Below are positions 53,856-64,000 of a DNA stretch of 64,000 nt, piece after piece. The translations under genes were made by a program, and so were the position numbers. The notes beneath the pieces are model-generated. The model saw nothing but the letters and a program-made list of their open reading frames with translations. It did not search any database and was not told the DNA's origin. The stretch comes from Octopus vulgaris (Eukaryota), in contig OX597829.1 of the NCBI GenBank assembly GCA_951406725.2, positions 2,480,001-2,544,000 of the forward strand, written 5' to 3'. Numbering within the stretch: the stretch's first letter is position 1; each line of letters starts with the position of its first letter.

Positions 53856-55020
53856 AACGAATCGAATCGAATCGACGCGAAGGCGCTCAGTCATACAATT
53901 GTGTAATGAATAAAATATATGCATACATACAAACATATATGTACGTACCTACATCTACATGTATATATACATGCATATATAAATATATATACGTGTGTAC
54001 AGGACACCACAAATAGACGTAGAACTCAACGAGAAACGAAAATGTAAAAACAGCATGAAACGGACCATTTTTTTAACAACGAAAAAACAGAGTACAAGAC
54101 AACTACACAAGGAAAAATCCCCTTCATCAGCTGTCCCTAGTTTAACTCTAGCGTGTTTCGAAGGTGAGGACAGAACACGTCTCGTCGAAATACTCCTTCC
54201 TGCGAAAGAATTAAATAAAATTCCTTTGCAGAGGGGTAAAAACAAGGAAAAAAATGTGACAAAAACAGGACGTAAAAACAATAGAATTAAAAACAAATAC
54301 AAAATAAAAATACAATTACAAAAAATACAGTACAAGAAGAAATAGAAACAACCAAGAAAACAAATAAAGATCCTATAAGCCTAGACGAGGAAAATTTTTT
54401 TTCACGAGCGCAGGAAGAAACATGTTTACTTGAATAAGGCCGCCAGCGAAAGGAAGTTCGTAGACCCGGCTGTGAGAGAGATGAGGGGGAGTGAGAGAGA
54501 GAGAAAGAGATAGAGAGGAAGGAAGGAAAAGAGGGTGAAAGAAAGAGAGAAGTAGGAGTTATAGAGTTTCGCGTCATAATTATATATAAAAAAACCCAGC
54601 TTAGAGAAGAAGAAGAAACGAAACGAAACGAAACGAATCGAATCGAATCGACGCGAAGGCGCTCAGTCATACAATAGTGTAATAAATAAAATATATGCAT
54701 ACATACAAACATATATGTACGTACCTACATCTACATGTATATATACATGCATATATAAATATATATACGTGTGTACAGGACACCACAAATAGACGTAGAA
54801 CTCAACGAGAAACGAAAACGTAAAAACAGCATGGAACGGACCATTTTTTAACAACGAAAAAACAGAGTACAAGACAACTACACAAGGAAAAATCCCCTTC
54901 ATCAGCCGTCCCTAGTTCAACTCCAGCGTGTTTCGAAGGTGAGGACAGAACATGACTCGTCGAACTAGCCCTTCCTGCGAAAGAATTAAATAAAATTCCT
55001 TTGCAGAGGGGTAAAAACAA
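53856..55020 (-). mobile_element. Partial tandem element (776-bp period, ~390-bp direct repeats)
   Basis: 53856-54244 repeated at 54632-55020; related to 711-1720; strand is tentative. Confidence 0.75.
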
Positions 55021-55024
55021 GAAC

Positions 55025-56420
55025 CCTCAACCCAAATGAGCGTCGTTATTCTTGTATTGAAAAAGAGGCGACAGCGATTGTAGAAACTGTGAGAAAACGG
55101 TCTCATTTTCTTCTTGGACGTAACTTCACACTAATAACTGATCAAAACAGTGTGACTTTTATGTTTAATTGTCAAAAGCGCAGTAAACCTAAAAACGAAA
55201 AGATAATGCGTTGGCGGATCGAACTAGCCCAGTATCAATTTGATATCATTTACCGCCAAGGCAAGTTTAATGTTGCATCTGATGCTTTATCGCGTACTTA
55301 TTGCGCAGCTACGACTGATAAAGAACTCTATCGTATTCATGCAGCGCTGTGTCATCCTCGGATCACACGATTGTTTCATTATATTAAAGTTAAGAATTTA
55401 CCTTACTCTGTAGATGATGTAAAGCGTATAACTAACAATTGTGTAATATGTTGTGAAGTGAAGCCTCGCTTTACTAAAACCTCTGTTTCCTCAGGAATTA
55501 AATCTACTCAAGCTTTTGAAAGATTGAATCTTGATTTTAAAGGACCCCTACCTTCAGTGTCTTTTAAAGGACCCCTACCTTCAGTGTCAAAGAACCATTA
55601 TTTTTTAACTGTTGTGGATGAGTATTCACGTTTTTCGTTTATTTTTCCATGTACTAATACTAGTGGTCATTCCGTTATTAGTAATTTGAAGGTTTTGTTT
55701 AGTCTTTTCGGATTTCCTGCTGTTATTCATAGTGGAAATGCTAAATGTTTTGCATCCAAAGAACTTAACAATTTCTGTATGATAGGGGAATAGCGATTAC
55801 TCATTCTACCGTGTAAAATCCTCGTGGAAATGCTCAATGTGAAAGGTATAATGGAGTAATATGGAATTCCATTAAATTGGCCTTACGTAGCCGAAATTTA
55901 CCAGTTTCTCAAAGGGAAGTCGTGCTTCCAGAAGTTTTATATTCGCAACATTCATTATTATGCGTGGCAACTAATGAGACCCCACATAAGAGATTCTTTA
56001 AATTTCCTAGACGTTCTATGTGTAGTCTTTCCGTTCCTACTTGGTTAATGCAAGGAACTGACAAAGTGTTTGTTAAACGACATGTACACAATAAGTATGA
56101 TCCGTTAGTAGATGAAGCCCAATTGGTACAAACTAACCCTAACCACGCGAGGGTACAGTACCCAGATGGACGTGAAAGTACTGTATCCATTAGAGATTTA
56201 GCCCCTTCTGGCAAAACGACTGAGGAGTATCAATTAAGTAAGGATCAAACTAATGTTGCTGACACTGATCCTACTCAAGTGCATTGAACACCGTGGTGGT
56301 TTTTCAGATACCATGATCGATTCTGTCCCACCTAGACCAGCTCAAGAACCAGAACCTCAAACTACTTTGCACTGGCGTTCAACCAGAACAAAAAAAAGTT
56401 ACTGGTAGGTTAAATTTATG
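55025..56420 (+). pseudogene. Gypsy pol fragment (RNase H end + integrase)
   Basis: FTLITDQ, RWRIEL, NVASDALSR, H..CH..CVIC, LDFKGPLP, VVDEYSRF, P.GN.QCERYN; stops and an in-frame 27-bp duplication. Confidence 0.92.
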
Positions 56421-56530
56421 ATTGATGATGTGCTACGCTTATGAAAAGCCTCACTATTACGTTTGACTCATGGTTATGTTTGTATTTTGCATTTTGTTGG
56501 TTAATTGTTCTTTTTCTTTAGAGGGAAAAA

Positions 56531-56714
56531 TGTGATTTTAGTTTTGATCACGTGATTTTGATTGTCTCGATTGCTGTTATATGCCTGCAGTGCGACTGCG
56601 CGGAGTTCTGTTCCGTTTGCGACACGACATGTTCAGTGTTGGTTTTAGTTAGTCGAGACTGTAGCAACCCGCTGCATAAAACTCTTATTGCGTTGAAGTT
56701 TGGTTTTGCTTACA
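56531..56714 (+). mobile_element. Probable 3' LTR of the Gypsy element
   Basis: PPT agagggaaaaa directly followed by TGT...ACA. Confidence 0.6.
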
Positions 56715-57228
56715 ATTTTAGCAATCTTTGTTTGTATTGTAGATTGCTGTATTTTTAGTCGATTAAAACCTTTTAAATTTTGATATTCGAGTTTGGGTTT
56801 ATAACACGAGTATCCGGTTTTTTCAATTGAAGGCATTGTTGAAAAATATACAGGATGAAAGTCGTTAACGAGGATATGAGGTTATAAATAAAAATGCCAA
56901 AATAACACGAAAATATGAAATTTATATTAATCACTCCTCAAATGTTATACATTGATTCTTCTTCGTCTGTAAAGTATGTTGAAGTCAAGGATTCACTCTT
57001 TATTTTACAATAAATGTTCGACATAATTTCACAAAAGCTGTGCATGTACATATATTAAAAACTACTAAAATATATGCATATTTACACATAGATACACGAT
57101 CTTACAAACGGGTTACACACTTTTTCTAAAGCTTCAAGAGACGGCAGGTTTAGTTCATGAAAAAGCTGCTCATTTACAATGTATTTGACTCATTCAGCGC
57201 AAAAGCTACTTATGTAATTTTGTACATA

Positions 57229-59440
57229 AGTAGAGCGATTTTTTTTACCTTAAAAATTGCTTGATTTTAACTTTATTTTCATACCTTTTGTAGCCTTATT
57301 TAAAAAATTTATTGATATATTTTAACTTTATTTTAACTTCAGCATTATTAATAAATCCATAAACATTAAGGAGTTTACTCTAGTTTTGATTACTTTGTGA
57401 TATACGAATATCATCAAAACAATTTTAAAAAATAACTTTTTTTAGGAAATTTATTATAGTACAACATGATACAATGTCTTATATTGCAGGTAGAAATTAC
57501 TGTCTTTTGCATGGATCTTTTTCAGCATTTTCTGTTGTGTCTGGGGAGAGTCATTTTCTTTTTGTGCCTTATAATGTAACACACTCACCGGTAAAATTTC
57601 CACTTATTTCTTATTTTTATTTTCCTAAAATTTTCGTTGCATCTTGCAACCTTTTCAATCGTCTGTCCATCTAATTAATGGACACAGTTTTTCTGCATTG
57701 AAAAACTGCATTCTACAATAGCTGTGGTCACTTGGGATTGTATCAGATCTGCATATTCCACAAGTGAAACTTTGGGGTTCGTTAGTTGAATTACTAAATT
57801 GGTTTGGTTTTTATTGAATCTAAAATCAATGTGATTCATAATGCAGCATGGGTCTTTGCTGAATTTCAATTCTTTCAGGCTTTTGTAAGCATCGTAAATG
57901 GTAAAGGCTGTTGACTCAGCTTTCAAAAACAGATTTGGGTGAAGTCCTGATCTCAGGATTTCGTACAGTTTCTTTCGCTCTCGGCACCAGAATACTTTTG
58001 TTCTCAAAACTTTCTACAATTTTCGTAACTTCTGCAAGGTCCTTGCTCATAGTAATTGCAGGTATCCCACCAGCTGCTCCACTCGGTCACAATTGGCTGG
58101 GGTGGGGGACTATTTGTTTCTTACAGTGGCAGCCTTGACGGTAGCAACCAGACAACTAATTACAGGATAGAAACCCTTTATTTTTAGGGCACAATAGGTG
58201 AGAGAGGCAGATTACATAGAAGAGCTTAGGGTACATAACTTACAATGTTGCTCCGTCAGCTATGATATGCCGAGCAGCACAAGACAATAATAGCAGAAAA
58301 TTTCCTGTTATACTTCTTAAAGTACAATCGATGATCTGAGCAAAGATTGTGGCAGTTAGAACTGATCCGAGCGGCAAACATTCTATTAAGAACGTTTCTT
58401 GAGGATTTTTACCTGAACCAATAAGTACATTAACATTTTTTTTATTATCAATTTCACTTTGTTCAACAATTAAAAATACATTTTGATCAGTCAGGCAACT
58501 CTTGCAATTTACAACTGCGTTTGCACTAAACACATCAACATATTTTTGGCATGTAGATTCAGATGGCAATGGCTTATTGATAGAATCAAAGAGATTTCTC
58601 AAACTTGGATTAGTGAGCTCAATAAGGCAATGACAAAAGAACTCCACAATCAACTTCAAAAAGAGCCAGAAATGCGAAAGAAAATTATTCAATTCAATTA
58701 ATCTTAGATAAAAATTTACATAAAATATTTAACAACAAATTTAAATGATAAATAAAAAGTATATATCAAAATATTATTAAGAAATAACTAACACACTATA
58801 CATTTATGTATAGTAAAAGAAATAGTAAAGAAAAGTACTTACTTTCGATGGTAAATTTAGAATTCCTAAATAACAGGCCCAGAGAATTAAAACTGTAAGT
58901 AGATACACTTACAATTAGATGGTAATAAGTAATTCTATTCTTAATGAGGCCTGTTTCATGAATTGGAAAAAAACATATGCATATAATTAATATTAGCGGT
59001 TGGTATCGATCACAAATAACTAATATTGGTAAAAGTATCTTGAAGACTGAAATTTCTCTTTCAGAAAAACTATACAGGTATGCTAGGCTTTTGTTCAAAT
59101 GACTGGATGCACATAGTGTCAAATAATTTTTAACATTGAAGGTAGAAGAAGCCATAGCGAGAGTTATAAATAGCTCCAAAGAGGTAGTCCAGTACATCAG
59201 CTCCACTAAGAACTAGCAGAAATGTGTATCAAATTTAGGTTTAATCAATACATAAAAATATATATCAATGAATTTATTTTCTTTCAGTATCTAATAAAAA
59301 AAAAACCTTTGCTTTTTTTTTCAGTGTAATTTCATTTTTTTAAACCTTATTTTAACTTTATCGCGCGATTTTAAACTTTATAAGCTTTAAAAAGTAATTA
59401 ATTAGGTTGACGAATCATAAAAAAAAAAGATCCTCGACTT
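57229..59440 (-). mobile_element. Degenerate hAT (CGGBP1-like) transposon with nested insertions
   Basis: LPSESTC, FLLLLSCAARH (cf. LLSDAAxYM), TTAIVECSFSM (cf. ERSFS); imperfect TIR-like ends. Confidence 0.65.
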
Positions 59441-59821
59441 TAGAATTAACCTTGAAATAAACGTTTCTACGTGCTTTAACTTTTTGGGAAAACACTGCCT
59501 TTACAATGACGCTTTATCCAAACTCACTGTAAAAGTTCCTCAGCACAATATTTCTTGTTTAAACATGAGGAGAAAACTGCACCCCTTGACCATCTGAAAT
59601 ACGCTGAATTTGATAACATGATATCTCTCTTTATGTTGAAAATACAAGGTAATAGAGGGATGGAGGGCAATATATGAAGCAGAATAATTAGCAGTGGAAT
59701 AAGTGTATATACATAAAGCGTATTTAAAATATATATTGATGACACGCACTTCATCAATGTATATTAAATATATGCTTTAGAGTGTGCTTCTTTTTCGGAT
59801 ATGTGATACACTGACGATGTG

Positions 59822-59885
<64 letters not shown>

Positions 59886-60074
59886 ATTTGATATTTATTT
59901 AATCATCAGAATTTATGAACATTGATTGAGCATTACGAAGAGAGCAGAATGAATACCCGGGTACAGAAACATAAACAGCCAATAATGAGAACTCGTGCAG
60001 AATAAATTATAAAGTAAATCATATATATAAAGGTGAACAAGCTCAACAGCTTGAAATGACAGTAACTCACAATT

Positions 60075-60635
60075 GTACATACATACATACACACACACAT
60101 ACATACATGCATACATACATACATGCATACATGCATACATACATACATACATACATACATACATGCATACATACATACATGCATACATACACACACACAT
60201 ACATACATACATATATACATGCATACATGCATGGATGGATACATACATACATACATAGCATACATACATACATACACACATACATACATGCATACATACA
60301 TACATACATACACACACACATACATACATGCATACACACACACATACATACATGCATACATACATACCATACATACATGCATACAGCATACATACATACA
60401 TACATACACACATACATACATGCATACATACATACATACATACACACATACATACATACATACATACATACATACATACACACACACATACATACATGAC
60501 CATACATACATGCATACATACATACATGCATACATGCATACATACATACATACACACACATACATACATACATACACATACGTGTATACACCATACATAC
60601 ACACACATACATACATACATATATACATGCATACA
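60075..60635 (+). repeat. Degenerate (CATA)n microsatellite
   Basis: Direct inspection. Confidence 0.95.
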
Positions 60636-61545
60636 TGGTGGTTGTCTATTCCTTGTGCAGAGTCCTCCTCCTGTACCTACACCTTAGCACCATCACATCT
60701 GATGTGGCCTTTTAAACCAAACAATGGTTTGAAAAGACACCCACATAGATTGCATATCCAATTTGGACCACCAAAGTTGAAGTTAAGTTCTGATCTTTGT
60801 GGATCTTAAAATATTTTTTAAGGCCTCAGTTAGATTTGCAGACCTTGTGGCATACACTGCATTCAAAGGTGTGCACACACATATAGGCAGAATAGTTGGT
60901 GGAGGTTCGTTTTCCATGCGTTTGCAGATGAGATTTGAGGCCAGCAAAAGACAGGCATGGTCTGTCAAAAAAAGGTCATTGTCATTCACCTTCTCGATCG
61001 TTACATTATTCCTTAGATCTTTTTTGAATCTTATTTGTGTTACCCTGGCCTCTTGAAATGCTTTCACTCCACGCCACACCTTTGTTCGCCATCCAACTCG
61101 ATCCGAAGCAAGGGTTTCAATATTTTCTGGAACCATTCCAAGTGACTTCATAGTAGTCCTTATGCCGTCCTTGAACCATTTTTTAGGTTTACGCCGATAG
61201 CGTTTCCCCTCTGCAATCTCACCATAAAACAGCTGTTTCGGCATGCATTCATCTGCCATTTGAACAATAGGGCCACACCGTCTCAGTTGGTTCCTTAAAA
61301 ATCATAGCTTTAATTGAAGTGATGCCTGCAGATGCAAGGACATCTGTGTTTGGAGTAAAAGAACTCCATTTTATTTGTAAAATGCGATGAAGGCATTTTT
61401 AGTGGAATTGTTCAAACAATTTAAAATGCCTTTCATAATATGTCCGTGTTTCACGGGAATATAAATGGGGCGGTAAGACAAATGCTTTGTAAAGAGCCAG
61501 CTTTGTATTATAATACGTGTTTGGTGTCGCTGGCACCAAACACGT
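60636..61545 (-). pseudogene. RTE LINE 3' fragment with zinc-finger remnants
   Basis: MADECMPKQLFYGEIAEGKRYRRKPKKWFKD..DRVGWR. Confidence 0.85.
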
Positions 61546-61549
61546 GACA

Positions 61550-62157
61550 TATAAACATACATACATACATATATATATATACATACATACATGTATACAT
61601 ACATGCATGCATGCATGCGTGCATACATACATACATACATACATACATACATACATACATACATACATACATACATACATGTACATACATACATACATAC
61701 ATGCATACATACATACATACATACATACATACATACATACATACATACATACATACATACATACATACATACATACATACATACACACGTACATACATAC
61801 ATACATACATACATACATACATACATACATACATACATACATACATACATACACACATACATACATACACACATACATACACACGTACATACATACATAC
61901 ATACATACATACATACATACATACATACATACATACATGCATACATACATACATACATACATACATACATACATACATACATGCATACATACATACATAC
62001 ATACACACATACATACACACGTACATACATACATACATACATACATACATACATACATACATACATACATACACACATACATACACACGTACATACATAC
62101 ATACATACATACATACATACATACATACATACATACATACATACATACATACACACA

Positions 62158-62190
<33 letters not shown>

Positions 62191-62205
62191 TCATACGTAC
62201 ATACA

Positions 62206-62237
<32 letters not shown>

Positions 62238-62490
62238 CATACATGCATGCATGCATGCGTGCATACATACATACATACATACATACATACATACATACAT
62301 ACATACATACATGTATACATACATACATACATACATACATACATACATACATACATGCATACATACATGTATACATACATACATGCATGCAAGCGTGCAT
62401 ATATACATACATACATACATACATACATACATACATACATACATACATACATACATACTTACGTACATACGTACATGCATACATACATAC
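61550..62490 (+). repeat. (CATA)n microsatellite
   Basis: Direct inspection. Confidence 0.97.
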
Positions 62491-62829
62491 AAACAAGAAG
62501 TACTGTGATTGTCGTGGGAGACTATCGACTATACGATGGAAGCTATCTCCAACTTTGAAGCCACAACTATCAGTCCTGTTAAATAACTGGTTAATCTTCA
62601 GATAAATTTACTAAGGAAGCCTTTTATTCAAGATCGTAGTGATTTTCGACTGAGACTTGAATTTATCATTCAGAGAGATACTACAAACAGCATGGCTGGA
62701 CAAACAACAACAACAACACGAATGAGGAACAAAACGAAAAGGATAGCACAACAGGTAGGCAAATTATTTCCGGCTGTGGTTACAGAAGAAACTGTAAATA
62801 CAGTTTCTGTGGAGTTTCCCAAACCAAAC

Positions 62830-63230
62830 AGATCAGGTGCTAAAACATAACAGACTGGACCTAATGGTGGTGGACAAGATGCACCACATGTGCTATGTAG
62901 TTGATGCTGCATGACCCTTAATAGTCAAGAAGGGAGGCAGAAAATAGATAAATACATGTACGAAATAGCCCGGCTATGGAAAATGAAGAAGGTGAAGATA
63001 GTGCCAATTATTTTTGGGTCCTTGGGAACAGTATAAGAAGGCATCATGAGGAATATAAAGGAAATTGGAACAGAGTGCCCAGTAGAACTGTTACAAAAGG
63101 TTTGCCTCGTTGGCATGGCCAGAATAATTAGGAAAGTATTTGATAGATGAATAGAACGAATAGCATGGAACTGTAGGCTGCAGGCAGCAAGCCCGCAAAG
63201 CTTTCTCACAACGAAACCTGAGAGAAAGAG
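62830..63230 (+). pseudogene. R4/Dong-type retrotransposon 3' fragment (restriction-like endonuclease)
   Basis: DLMVVDK, LWKMKKVKIVPIIFGSLG, LLQKVCLVGMARIIRKVF; ends in (AAT)n 63230-63508. Confidence 0.75.
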
Positions 63231-63245
63231 ATAATGATGATGATG

Positions 63246-63315
<70 letters not shown>

Positions 63316-63333
63316 TAATAATAATAATGATAT

Positions 63334-63412
<79 letters not shown>

Positions 63413-63442
63413 TATAATAATAATTATAATTATAATAATAAT

Positions 63443-63507
<65 letters not shown>

Positions 63508-63509
<2 letters not shown>

Positions 63510-64000
63510 CAGTACCAGGCAGTGGTTCTCATGGCTTCTGATCTTAACCGATTGGAAGTGTTATCATGTACATTGTTTTGTCTTGGTATAAAAGATGGCC
63601 TACAGCAAATATTCTGCTCAATACCACAGATTTGCTGGTCAGTTGTTTGACCTTAACCAGTTGACCATGTCCCCTAGTGGCTGACGATATGTGCATCTCT
63701 GATCATGAGCAGAAGTAGTGGGGGAGCATCATAGCCATGTGTTGAGAGGGATTCTTTGGGGCTTGAATAATTCACCTTTCGAAACAATGGCCTGATGCAG
63801 TACCAGGCAGTGGCTCTCATGGCTTCTGATCTTAACTGATTGGAAGTGTTATCATGTACATTGTTTTGTCTTGGTATAAAAGATGGGCTACAGCAAATAT
63901 TCTGCTCAATACCACAGATTTGCTTGTCAGTTGTTTGACCTTAATCAGTTGAGCATGTCCCTTAGTGGCTGGCGATATGTGCATCTCTGATCACGAGCAG
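63508..64000. repeat. 288-bp tandem repeat (runs off the window)
   Basis: tgcagtaccaggcagtgg at 63508 and 63796. Confidence 0.9.

Noticed and set aside
57620-57670. U3-A8 hammerhead-like motif on the minus strand (similar weak cases at 51858-51902 and 60030-60070)
   Set aside because: Stem II and GAAA are present but stem I or III cannot be closed convincingly

Overview
AT-rich eukaryotic, repeat-dominated window with no confidently identifiable host gene. The SINE types, TTAGGG-type repeats and (TA)n/(CATA)n/(AAT)n load suggest a coleoid cephalopod such as Octopus (inference). Most ORFs in the supplied track are microsatellite translation artefacts. The real coding remnants are all from transposons: Penelope-like elements (PLEs; two Naiad-type RT+GIY-YIG, one Neptune-type RT fragment, one Neptune-type GIY-YIG fragment), Tx1/L1, CR1/Jockey-like, RTE and R4/Dong LINE fragments, Gypsy pol plus LTR, and a CGGBP1-like hAT. 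There are also non-autonomous Helitrons, two GG-ended foldback elements with 8-bp TSDs, many tRNA-derived SINEs and a 5S rRNA pseudogene. Two hidden layers stand out. (1) About 20 type-I short-stem-III hammerhead ribozyme motifs lie in PLE termini and small (TA)n-embedded remnants. Three Watson-Crick versions of the 3-8 tertiary pair occur (C3-G8, U3-A8, G3-C8), along with a recurrent U4C core and a 404-bp tandem retrozyme-like dimer. (2) A ~10-kb nested palindrome (about 12.4-22.2 kb) is centred on a PLE whose inverted end runs ~2 kb into flanking DNA, and many smaller foldbacks occur at TA tracts. All folds and coordinates were read by eye and need computational confirmation.
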